A stretch of DNA of 64,000 nucleotides from Planctomycetota bacterium. GTDB taxonomy: Bacteria; Planctomycetota; PLA2; JAEUHO01. Shown one piece after another: positions 49,554 to 59,400 of the stretch. The position numbers and the translations under genes are program-made. Location of the stretch: assembly GCA_050248855.1 (NCBI GenBank), contig JBFWRP010000004.1:142711-206710 (forward strand), in the 5' to 3' direction. Under the pieces are notes generated by a model, which saw only the letters and a program-made list of their open reading frames with translations, was not told the origin of the DNA and ran no database searches. Numbering within the stretch: the stretch's first letter is position 1; the number at the start of each line of letters is the position of its first letter.

Positions 49554-51059
49554 TCAGCGGGGTCCCGGACCGGCCGACGATGCCGTCTCGACGTGAGACC
49601 ACTGTGCGACCCGACCACTCGTTGCGTGGCCGCTCGCCTCGACGGGTACGAGCGCCGCACGCAAGCCCCGCAGGTCCTCGTCCGCCCGATGCACCAGGAG
49701 CAGCGTGCCATCCCCCGGGAACTGCACGGTGAGCCAGCTCCCCGCCTCCCCCACGATCGCCCTACCACCTCGCCACACGCGGGAGATGGCAACGAAGCTC
49801 AGGCTCCGTGGGTCCGTGAAGCGAAGCCCCACCGTACTCCGCATGAGATCCAACCGAACGTCGGTCGTAGATGGATCGGCGTCAGCGATGTCAGAGGACA
49901 CAAGGTAGCTGGCCTCTCCCACGCGCAAGGCGAAGGCACGCGATCCGGCAGGAATCGACCACGACATGCGCCCCGCTGCATCACCATCCAGCAACACCCT
50001 TTGGGGTTCGAGCGACGGCTCCACGTCCGACAGGAGCAGGCCCACGACGCCTTGGGCCGATCGCGCCACGATCGGACGGGGAAGGCGCGGAGACAGGCTC
50101 ATGGCGAGCGCCCCCTGCGTCGTGAGCAATCCGGCGTGCGTGCCAGGGCCCGTCCCCAGGAGGCCCGCACCCCTGGCAGGAAGGACGGCCACTTCCATGC
50201 CCCCGTCGTAGCCCAGGGCAGGCGCCCTCACCCTGATCCACGCACGCCGACATGACACGGGGCCCTCGGGTGTTGCCAGTTCGATCCCGCCTGGCATCTC
50301 GAACTGGTGCAAGCGAAGCGCTCGAGCGAGGTCGTTCCCGATGACGAGGGAGCCTGAGTGCCCAGCCGTCAGCGGCACGTACACCTGGGTCTCGACGGGG
50401 TTCGCCTCGTCCGTCGACAAGACAAGCCGCAGCTCACGCCCTTCAACCGGCGCGCCGAGCTCGGCCAGCTGCTTGCGCCAGCGGTCGACCAGCTCATCTC
50501 CCAGGACCACGTTCCGGAGCGGAAGCGGACCGACACCGCTCCACCGTCGCGTCACCTCCGGCGTCACACCGTGCCGCACGACGTAGCGCACGACCGACGG
50601 CGCCAGCTTGTCGCTCGGCGCCGCCTTCACACGTCCCCACGTCGCGAGCGGCAGACTGCCTTCGGGCCACGGCAGCGTGATGTGGAACGGCAGCACGCTC
50701 CACGGCTCGTCGGCCGTCGGCATCTCCGCCTCGTCGAGGCTGTCGAACCAGCGATCGAGCGGACCGATGGCTTCGCGGACTGCTTCGAGCTCGCCGATGG
50801 ACACGGCGGCCTCGAACGAAAGAGGCAGGTTGACGTCCTCGCCGCCCGGCCCCGGCGTGGGCGCGCGCATCAAGAGCCACCCCCCAACGACCAGCGCCGC
50901 CGCGGCCAGCGCTGCCGGCAGGATCCGGCGCAGGGAGCGTACCGGTCGCTGAACGGGCACTTCCCGGACGGCCTCCAGCACGTCGTCCAGGACGTGCGGG
51001 GCCGGCTCCAGCTCCGTCAAGGCCTCGCGCCAGCGGGTGGGAACCTGCAGCTCGCTCAT
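49554..51059 (-). CDS. Putative membrane anti-sigma factor with a large extracytoplasmic region
   Basis: ATGA-coupled to the ECF sigma; short N-terminus, one TM helix, then about 430 aa. Confidence 0.6.
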   Translation of the reverse strand: MSELQVPTRWREALTELEPAPHVLDDVLEAVREVPVQRPVRSLRRILPAALAAAALVVGGWLLMRAPTPGPGGEDVNLPLSFEAAVSIGELEAVREAIGPLDRWFDSLDEAEMPTADEPWSVLPFHITLPWPEGSLPLATWGRVKAAPSDKLAPSVVRYVVRHGVTPEVTRRWSGVGPLPLRNVVLGDELVDRWRKQLAELGAPVEGRELRLVLSTDEANPVETQVYVPLTAGHSGSLVIGNDLARALRLHQFEMPGGIELATPEGPVSCRRAWIRVRAPALGYDGGMEVAVLPARGAGLLGTGPGTHAGLLTTQGALAMSLSPRLPRPIVARSAQGVVGLLLSDVEPSLEPQRVLLDGDAAGRMSWSIPAGSRAFALRVGEASYLVSSDIADADPSTTDVRLDLMRSTVGLRFTDPRSLSFVAISRVWRGGRAIVGEAGSWLTVQFPGDGTLLLVHRADEDLRGLRAALVPVEASGHATSGRVAQWSHVETASSAGPGPR

Positions 51060-51607
51060 GATTCCAGCTCCTTGCGCATGTGTTCCAGGGCTCCGCGGCG
51101 CATGCGATCGATCCGGCTCTTGTTGGTGCCCAGCCAAGAAGCGATGTCGCGCAGCGTTGCACCGTCGACCACGCTCCACAGCACCACCGCGCGCTCGCGC
51201 TCCGGTAGAGCGGCCCAGGCGCGCCGCACGGCATCGCCGTCGCTGGCGCCCGTGAACGCATCGGCGAGGTCACCGACCGCGCCCGCATGCGCTGCGCCCA
51301 CGGACGCCCGCGCCGCGGCGTGCAGCGCGCCCCGCCGTCGCCCGGCGCGCAGGCGATCCAGGGCCACGCGCCGCGTCAGCGTCAACAGCCACGAGCCAAA
51401 GCGCTCGGGCCGACGCAAGGTGTGCAGGCGCTCGAACGCGCGGACGAACGCGTCCTGCGTCGCGTCGTCCGCTTCGTCCCGACTGCGACTCACGGCGAGC
51501 GCCATGCCATGGACGCGGCGCAGCCACGCACGAGCCAGGGCCTCGCGGGCCGCGACGTCACCTCGCTGGGCGCGCGTCACCAGGTCCGGGGTCGGGTCGG
51601 CGTGCAT
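51056..51607 (-). CDS. ECF-type RNA polymerase sigma-70 factor
   Basis: AQRGD..A, ADDATQDAFVRA, FGSWL, LPERERAVV, LRDIA. Confidence 0.9.
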   Translation of the reverse strand: MHADPTPDLVTRAQRGDVAAREALARAWLRRVHGMALAVSRSRDEADDATQDAFVRAFERLHTLRRPERFGSWLLTLTRRVALDRLRAGRRRGALHAAARASVGAAHAGAVGDLADAFTGASDGDAVRRAWAALPERERAVVLWSVVDGATLRDIASWLGTNKSRIDRMRRGALEHMRKELES

Positions 51608-51719
51608 GCGCGGGCTCGATCCTCCTGTCTGCCAGGGTGACGCCGCTGGCCCCCGGCTTGTCCCAGGGGCGTAGGATGCGCCGCCTCGCCGGGCCGCGTG
51701 CCTGGCGCGAGGAGGCCCG

Positions 51720-54700
51720 ATGCCCGAGGGCGCGGCGACACCGCCGGAGGAGACCGTCGCGCGGCGGATCGAGGGCTGGCGCCGCCGGCTGCTCGACCTC
51801 TCGCGGTCCAACCGCCTCGTCCACTACCGCATCCGCGCCGCCTCCAGCGTGCAGGTGGTCCGGGAGGACGCGGCCCACGTCGCCGATCTCGTGCTGGGCG
51901 GCAAGCGGCTGGGCTTCGACCCCAAACCGGACGACGGTTCCTTCGAGCAGGTACCCGAGGCACGCGGTGACCTGCGGCTCCAGACCCCGCTCGACCGGCA
52001 GCGCTTGGAGCGCGTGCTGGTCCGGCTGTTCCGCGAGGCTCGCGCCCGCCTGGAGGAGCAGGGCTTCCACACGCTGCACCTCGCGTTCGGCATGCTCGAG
52101 TACGAGACGACCGAGGACGACCGCCCCCACCGCGCGCCGCTGCTCCTCGTCCCCGTCGAGCTGGAGCGGCGCGGGGCCCGCGGCGACATCACCTTGGTGC
52201 TGGCCGATGACGAGCCGCGGGTCAACCCCGCGCTGGTCCTGAAACTCGAGCAGGAGCTGGGCCTCGCCATCGACCACCCCGCGGTCGAAGGCGGCGACGA
52301 CGACCCGCCGCTCTACGCACGCGTGGTCGCCGCCTTCGAGGCGCTCGCCCAGGCGCGACCCGGCTGGAACGTGCGCCACGAGGTGCATCTGGCGCTGTTC
52401 TCGTTCGCCAAGATCCCGCTCTACCGCGACCTGCTCGACCACGGCGAGCGGATCGCGGCACATCCGATCGTGCGGGCCATCGCCGCGGGTTCCCCCGCGC
52501 CGCAGCCCGAGGGCCAAGCCCTGCCGACAGCCGAGGACGTCGACGAGGCCGTGCCCCCGGGCGAGCGCGCCACCATCGTGGACGCCGACGGCAGCCAGCG
52601 CGCGGCCTTGCTCGCCGCCCGCCGAGGCTTCTCCTATGTCCTGCAGGGCCCCCCCGGCACGGGCAAGAGCCAGACGATCGCCAACCTGATCGCCGAGGCG
52701 CTGCAGCGCGGGGAGCGCGTGCTCTTCGTCTCCGAGAAGATGGCGGCGCTCGAGGTGGTGCGTCGTCGCCTGCACCGGGCGGGCCTCGGCGACCTCGTCC
52801 TCGAGCTGCACAGCCGCATGGCCCGCCCGCGCGAAGTCGTGGCCAGCCTGGGGCGCGCCTGGGAGCGCGCGGGCCGCGTCCCCGACGACATGCCCAAGCC
52901 CGATCCCGAGCTCGCCAGGCTCGAGGCCGAGCTCGCGGCCTACGCCGACGCGCTTGCCCGGCCGCGGGGGCAGCTGGGCGTGTCCGCGGGCGAGGTCTTC
53001 GCCCGCGTCGCGGCCCTCGAGTCGGTCGTCGACCTCGGCCCCGCACCGGACGACATCCTGGGCACGTCGAGCGACCTGCTGGCCGCCCGTCGTCGCGCGC
53101 TGTCCGAGGCCGCCGGGCTGCTGGCAGGCGTGGAACCACTCGCCGCGCATCCGTGGCGCGGGGCCTCGCTGACGCGTCTCGGCCTCGACACGGTGTCGCA
53201 AGCCAGGCAGCGCGCCGAGTCCGCGCACGAAGCGTGGACGGGCCTCGTCGGACGGATCGAGGAGCTGGCGCCGCGCCTGGGGCAGCCGGTGCCGCAGACG
53301 CTCGAGCAAGCGGACGAGCTGCTCGCGCTGGCGGCACACGTGCGTCTCGCTCCACCGCTTCCTGCGGACATGCTCGCTCCGACGTGGAGTGGCCGGGGCG
53401 CCGGCGTGGCCACGCTCCTCGGCGAAGCCGTGGCGGCGCACACGGAGCGCCAGCGCCTCGCCACGCGCTACGCGCTGGACGTGCTGCAGGAAGACGCCGC
53501 GGACCTCGCGCGCCGCGCGCGGCCCGGCGGGTTCCTCGTGGGCTGGTGGCGCCGCCGCGGCGTGAAGCGCCGCTTGAAGCGGCACGTGCTGCCTGGCGGC
53601 ACGGTGGACCTGCGGCTCGACACCGAACAGCTGCTCGCGCACGGGCGCCACCGCGCCGCAGTGGTAGCGGAAACGTCCGCGCTCGAACGTGCCTTCGGCG
53701 CGTCGTGGACCGGTCCCGACGCCGACCCCACGCCGCTGGCCTCGGCCCGTGCGTGGATCGAGCGCTTCCACGACCTGCTGGGCGGCGCCGCGCCCACGCC
53801 GGCGCTCGTGGCCGCCGTCGGCGGCGCCGAGGCCGACGTGCTGGCCCGCGCCACGCACGCGTGGCCGAGCGAACGCCAAGCCGCCTTGTCGGCGCTGGAC
53901 GCGCTGGGCGCCACCGTCGGCTTCGACGCGGGGCCGGCCTTCGGCGAGCCCGTCGAGCCGACCGACGTCTACGAGCTCGTGGCCCGCTTGGACGCTGCGA
54001 AGCGCAGTGCGGACGCGCTTCCCGCGTGGGCCGCGTGGCAAGCCGCGCGGAAGGCCGTCCACGAGACGGGCGCCGGGACGTGGCTCACGGCCTTCGAGGC
54101 CTCGGGCGCCCGGCACGACGTGCTGGTGGATGCCTGGGAGCGTCGCACGATGCGCGCCGCAGCCGAGCAGCTGCTGGCCGAGGACCCGGTGTTCGCCACC
54201 TTCGACGGCCGCCGGCACGAGGGGCGCATCGAGCGGTACGTGGCCGCGGATCGCGCGGCGCACTACGACGCGCGGGCGCGGCTGGCCGCTACGTGGGCCG
54301 CCGCGATCCCGCCCTTCGACCTGGCGCACGTCGGCGACAGCGAGACGGGTCTGCTGCGCCGCGAGATGCAGAAGCAGCGCCGCCACCTCGCGGTGCGCAC
54401 GCTGGTCGATCGCCTGCCGCACCTGCTGCCTGCCTTGAAGCCCTGCTGGATGATGAGCCCGCTGTCCGTCGCGACCTTCTTGCCGCCGAGCAGCGACCTC
54501 TTCGACCTCGTCGTGTTCGACGAGGCTTCCCAGATCGGCACGGAGGACGCCATCGGCGCGATCGCGCGGGGCAAACGCCTCGTGGTGGCCGGTGACGAGC
54601 GCCAGCTCCCCCCGACACGCTTCTTCGAGCGCGTGCTGGCGCTCGACGAGGAGGCGCCCGAGGACGGTGTCGAGGACCTCCCGAGCGTGCTGGAAGAGTG

Positions 54701-56393
54701 CCAAGCAGGCCCCTTGCCGCGCCTGCCACTGCGCTGGCACTACCGGAGCCTGGACGAGAGCCTGATCACGTTCAGCAACGAGCACTTCTACGACCGCTCG
54801 CTGGTCACCTTCCCGCACCCGGCGCGCGACGCGACCGACGTCGGCATCTCGTTCGTGCACGTGGCCGACGGCGTGTACGAGGGCGGCGCCGGCCGCTCGC
54901 GCACCAACCCGGTCGAGGCGGCCACCGTGGCGGCGCGGGCGTTCGAGCTCTTGGCCGAGCGCCCCGACGAGAGCGTGGGCATCGTCACGTTCAGCACGCC
55001 CCAACGCGACGCCGTGCTGGACGCGCTCGACGCACTGCGCGCCAAGACGCCGCGCTTCGACGACCGCTTCGATCCTGCCCACCCCGAGCCCGTCTTCGTG
55101 AAGAACCTGGAGAGCGTGCAAGGGGACGAGCGCGACGTGATCCTGTTCAGCGTCGGCTACGGACCCGACGAGGACGGCGTGTTCCGTCTGCACCTGGGCC
55201 CGCTCGTGGCGCCCGGCGGCGACCGACGGTTGAACGTCGCGATCACGCGCGCCCGTCGCCAAGTGACGGTCTACAGCTCGGTCCTGCCCGAGGCCATCGA
55301 CCTGGATCGCTCCCCCGCGCGGGGCGTGGCCTTGCTCAAGGCGTACCTGGAGACGGCGCGCCGGGGGCTCGCGGCCCCGCCGCCGGAGATCGGGTCGGCG
55401 ACCCCGCGCGCGGGCCTGGCCGGCGCCTTGGTAGCGGCGCTGCGGGAGGAGGGCGCCGCGGGCGAGGTCGGCGTGGGCGCCTCCGCGCTGGCCGTGGACC
55501 TCGCCCTGGCCGATCCCGCGCATCCCGCACGCTACGAAGTGGCCGTGCTCACCGACGACGGGCGCGCCGCGGCACGCATGCCCGTACGCGACCGCGAGCA
55601 CGGCCGACCGGCCATGCTGGAGCGGCTGGGCTGGTGCGTGCGCCGCGTGTGGTCGCCCGACGTCGTGCGCGGCCCCGCCAGCGAGCGCGCGCGCCTGCTG
55701 AAGGCCTTGGAGGGTGCGTGCGACGAGCCCTCCCGGGAGCCGCCGAACGTCCCCCCCGAGCCGCCGACGGCGCTGCCGGACGACGGGGGAAGCGCCGAGG
55801 CCGGCAAGGCCCCTCCGTCCGAGACGACCGCGCGCGGGCGCGGCGACTTCCCCGGCGTCACGCCGTACCGCGCGGCAAACCTGCGTCCGCGCGAGAACGC
55901 AGACGGCTTCCACGGGGCGTCGCTCGGCGCCGTGGCCCGGGCCCTGCACGAAGTCGTCCGCATCGAGGGCCCCGTACACCTGGATCGCGCCGTGCGCTTG
56001 GTCACGGAGGCCTGGGGGCTTTCCCGGACCACGTCCAAGGCGCGCGAACGCGTCGAGGCCGCGCTCGGCGCGCTGCTCGAGGATGGCGACGTGGAGCGCG
56101 ATGGCGACTTCGTCGCCGCGGTCGGCGAGCCCATTCCCGTGCGGCGTGCCGGCGACGGCGTCGAGCGCACGATCGAGGAGATCGCCCCCGCCGAATGCCG
56201 CGCAGCCGTCCTGGCCGTGGTGGACGCCTACCTCGGGGTCGCGCACGAAACGCTGGTGCGAGAGGCGGCGCGGGCGCTGGGCCAGGAGCGCCTCGGCGAG
56301 CGCATCACCGCGACGCTGGACGCGGCCGTCGACGCCCTCGTCGCCGACGGCGTGCTGGTCCAGACCGGGGACCGCTTGGCCCGGGCCACCTGA
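51720..56393 (+). CDS. DUF4011 + SF1B (Upf1-like) helicase + Vsr-like nuclease domain + DUF3320 (Hhe-like defence protein)
   Basis: WRRRLLDLSRSNRL, GPPGTGKSQTIAN, FVSEKMAAL, MMSPLSVA, FDEASQ, GDERQLPPT, HYRS, VQGDERD, LNVAITRAR, IEGPVH. Confidence 0.9.
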   Translation: MPEGAATPPEETVARRIEGWRRRLLDLSRSNRLVHYRIRAASSVQVVREDAAHVADLVLGGKRLGFDPKPDDGSFEQVPEARGDLRLQTPLDRQRLERVLVRLFREARARLEEQGFHTLHLAFGMLEYETTEDDRPHRAPLLLVPVELERRGARGDITLVLADDEPRVNPALVLKLEQELGLAIDHPAVEGGDDDPPLYARVVAAFEALAQARPGWNVRHEVHLALFSFAKIPLYRDLLDHGERIAAHPIVRAIAAGSPAPQPEGQALPTAEDVDEAVPPGERATIVDADGSQRAALLAARRGFSYVLQGPPGTGKSQTIANLIAEALQRGERVLFVSEKMAALEVVRRRLHRAGLGDLVLELHSRMARPREVVASLGRAWERAGRVPDDMPKPDPELARLEAELAAYADALARPRGQLGVSAGEVFARVAALESVVDLGPAPDDILGTSSDLLAARRRALSEAAGLLAGVEPLAAHPWRGASLTRLGLDTVSQARQRAESAHEAWTGLVGRIEELAPRLGQPVPQTLEQADELLALAAHVRLAPPLPADMLAPTWSGRGAGVATLLGEAVAAHTERQRLATRYALDVLQEDAADLARRARPGGFLVGWWRRRGVKRRLKRHVLPGGTVDLRLDTEQLLAHGRHRAAVVAETSALERAFGASWTGPDADPTPLASARAWIERFHDLLGGAAPTPALVAAVGGAEADVLARATHAWPSERQAALSALDALGATVGFDAGPAFGEPVEPTDVYELVARLDAAKRSADALPAWAAWQAARKAVHETGAGTWLTAFEASGARHDVLVDAWERRTMRAAAEQLLAEDPVFATFDGRRHEGRIERYVAADRAAHYDARARLAATWAAAIPPFDLAHVGDSETGLLRREMQKQRRHLAVRTLVDRLPHLLPALKPCWMMSPLSVATFLPPSSDLFDLVVFDEASQIGTEDAIGAIARGKRLVVAGDERQLPPTRFFERVLALDEEAPEDGVEDLPSVLEECQAGPLPRLPLRWHYRSLDESLITFSNEHFYDRSLVTFPHPARDATDVGISFVHVADGVYEGGAGRSRTNPVEAATVAARAFELLAERPDESVGIVTFSTPQRDAVLDALDALRAKTPRFDDRFDPAHPEPVFVKNLESVQGDERDVILFSVGYGPDEDGVFRLHLGPLVAPGGDRRLNVAITRARRQVTVYSSVLPEAIDLDRSPARGVALLKAYLETARRGLAAPPPEIGSATPRAGLAGALVAALREEGAAGEVGVGASALAVDLALADPAHPARYEVAVLTDDGRAAARMPVRDREHGRPAMLERLGWCVRRVWSPDVVRGPASERARLLKALEGACDEPSREPPNVPPEPPTALPDDGGSAEAGKAPPSETTARGRGDFPGVTPYRAANLRPRENADGFHGASLGAVARALHEVVRIEGPVHLDRAVRLVTEAWGLSRTTSKARERVEAALGALLEDGDVERDGDFVAAVGEPIPVRRAGDGVERTIEEIAPAECRAAVLAVVDAYLGVAHETLVREAARALGQERLGERITATLDAAVDALVADGVLVQTGDRLARAT

Positions 56394-56429
56394 CCCTGTC
56401 CTCGCGGGGCCCCGCGCCAGCCCGCGGCG

Positions 56430-56435
56430 TAGGCT
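56430..56435 (+). promoter_or_regulatory. -10 box TAGGCT, probable leaderless promoter
   Basis: TAGGCT, 6 nt, then ATG(56442). Confidence 0.5.
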
Positions 56436-56441
56436 CGGGGC

Positions 56442-59400
56442 ATGTACACGCTTGCCCGTCCCCTCGTCGCCGTCTCGCTCCTCCTCCTGGCGGGGTTCGC
56501 CCTGCTCGCCGCGCCCCCCGCGTGGGCCGAGGAAGGCGCACCGCGCGTCGAGCGCGCCGCCGTCACGGTGCGCTTCGACCCGCCGCGTCAGCGTCTGCTG
56601 GCCGAGGCCACGCTCGACGTCGATGCGGTGGCCAACGGCGTGTTGCGCTTGGACCTCGCGCCCGTGCTGCGGATCACCGAGGTCAGCATCGACGGTGCCT
56701 CCCGCGGCGCCCCGTTGCGCGACGGACAGGGCGGCTTCGAGGTGCCGGTGCCGGCGGGCAAGCACCGCGTGCTGGTCGTCTACCGGGGCCGCCTGCACGA
56801 CGAGGTGAAGGCCGCCGAGGACCTGGCCTGGGTCGCCGGCGACTCCACCCGCGGGCTCGTCGCCCCCGTCGGCATCTTCCTGACGGGCGGGTCGCGCTGG
56901 ATCCCCTGGTCGGAGGCCTCGCCCCTGGTCACGGTCGACGTCACGGCCTGGGCGCCCAAGGAGATGGTGGTCGTGTGCCAGGGCGGCGTGCCCACGCGTA
57001 CGTCCCTCGAAGTGACGGGCTTCGACGCGTCGGGCGACGCGCTCGTGCCGGCCGACGGTGCGGCCGACGGCACGACCAGCTGGGTGCGCTCGACGTTTCC
57101 CGGCACCATCCCCACCGATGGCGTGTCGCTCTCCGCGGGCGACTACGTGGTCACGAGCCGCGAGGTCGAGGGGGTCACGATCTCGACGTACTTCTACCCC
57201 CGGCACCAGCAGTACGCGCCGCTGTGGCTGGACTCGACCGAGGCCACGGTCAAGCGCTACGCGTCGATCCTCGGGACCTACCCGCACCCCAAGTTCGACG
57301 TCGTCGAGAACTTCTTCCAGTCGGGCTACGGCATGCCCTCCTTCACGCTGCTCGGCGACAAGGTGATCGAGTACGTCTCGGCCAAGGCGATGCGCGGCGG
57401 CGGCATCCCGCCGGGCTACCTCGACCACGAGTACGTGCACGGTTGGTACGGCAACGGCCTGTTCGTGGACTACGTGCGCGGCAACTGGTGCGAGGCGATC
57501 ACCACGTACCTGTCCAACTACTACGCCGTGGAGCTGGCCGGCGGCGGACCCGAGTCGCAGGAGGCGATCGACCACCGCCGTGGCGTCATGGAGCGCTTCT
57601 GCTTGCGCGTCCACGGCGAGGCCGACATCCCGCTACGCGCCTTCACGACCAAGAAGGAAGATAGCGACAACGACATCGGCTACGGCAAGGGCAGCCTGTT
57701 CTTCCACATGATCCGACGGGCCACTGCACCCGACGATGCGGCGTGGTGGAGCACGTTGGCGGCGTTCACGAAGGAGAACACCGGCAAGGTCGTGCTGTGG
57801 CAGGACTGGGCGAGGGCGTGGCGGCCCGAGGTGGGCGTCGGGCCGTTCGAGCAGATGGCCCCGTGGCTGGACCGCCCTGGCCTGCCGCTCTACGCGCTGA
57901 AGTTCGCGAGCGCCGCGCCGCTGGATGCGGCGGCCCCCGAGGGCCCGCACGAAGTGCAGGTCGTCGTGACCGAGACCAGCGTCGGCGCGCCCTTTGGCGG
58001 AACGCTCCCGTTCGTCGTGCACGGCGGCGAAGGCGAGAGTGCGTGGTCCAGGAGCGGCGTGGTGACGATGGTCGACCGCGAGGGCACCGCACGCCTGCGC
58101 GTCCCCCACCGTCCTACGCGGGTCGAGCTCGACCCCGCGTGGCACGTGGCGCGGGCCATTCCCAAGGACGAGCTGCCGCTTTGCCTGCAAGGAACGCTGC
58201 GTGCGCCCGGCACCGGCGTGATCGTGGTGCGCGGTGACGAGGTGGCGTTCGGCGGGCTCGGCCAGAAGCTCGAGCGCAGCACGGGCTGGACCGTGGTGGG
58301 CCCGGACTACGACCTGACGGCGCACGACGGTCCGGCCATCGTCCTCTGGCTGCTGGAGCCCGGCGAGACGGCGGCCCCCCTCCAGGGCCAGTCGCTCTCG
58401 GGCCCCGCCTCGTCGCTGCTCGCCACCGTGTCGTGGAACGGCCACCCGCGTACGTGGTACGTCGCGGCGTCCGCGCAGGCGGCCGCGCGTGCCGGCTACG
58501 TGCCGTTCTACGGCTGGGACACGTGGGTGCGCTTCGAGGGCGGCATTCCCGTGGGTCGCGCCGTCGTGCGCCCGCCGTCCCGCTCCACGACGTACGACCT
58601 GCGTGCGCCCGAAGAGCAAGCGCGCTTGGCCGCGGACGGCGTGGTGAAGCACATGGCGTCGGCCGATCGCTCGCCGGGCACGGAGGCCCACGCGGCGTTG
58701 CAGGCGTGGCTGGCGGCGCGGGTGCCGTTCCCCCCGCTCGACATGCCCCATGCGCAGGCGGGCAACGACGCGTTCCAGATCCTGGAGACGTGGACTGCGC
58801 CCAAGGTCACGCTGCGTTACACGGGCGGGCACCGCCAAGGTTCCCTGACCGACAGCGACTTCCGCCCGGTGGTGTTCGGCGCCGACCACGCCGACGGCGC
58901 GTGGCGGGCCGTAGGCGAGGGGAGCAACCGCATCGCGATCGTCACGTGGACGGACGGCGACCCGGCGGCGCTCTGGCAGGACGCCCACCTGCGCTCACGC
59001 AACGGTTCGGCCGGTGTCATCTACGTGGTCGAGGACGCGATCTACGACGCCATGGCCCCCTGGCTGGACCGCGCGGCCTCGCTCACCGAAGCCGGTCAAG
59101 CCCAGCGCGACAAGAAGGGCCGCGATGGCCAACGCGCGCACACGGGGCCGATCGCCCTGTGGTTGTCAGGTCGCCGGGCGCACCTGGGCCTGCCCTTCCC
59201 CGAGCCGCTGCCGATGCCCGTGGTGGTCGCACGCCGCAAGGCCATGCCGGCCAGCCCGGATGAAGCGCAGAACCCCTTCGCGTGGATCGAGGAAGTGGCG
59301 CTCGAGCTGGACGTCAAGCGCACCACGCGCCCGGCGCGCAACCTCGTCTTCCACCACCGTGCGCCGGGCATCGAGTCCAACGGCCGCCGGCCGGCCGTCC

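Noticed and set aside
49554..51059. Horizontally acquired island around the anti-sigma gene
   Set aside because: It looks slightly less GC-rich by eye, but I cannot quantify this and there are no boundaries, repeats or mobility genes.
51558..57614. 2018-aa minus-strand ORF and the many other long shadow ORFs (e.g. 15019-17607, 23577-26387, 30216-33284, 39768-42887)
   Set aside because: They are antisense or off-frame to motif-supported genes, have no recognisable motifs, and are expected at this GC content.
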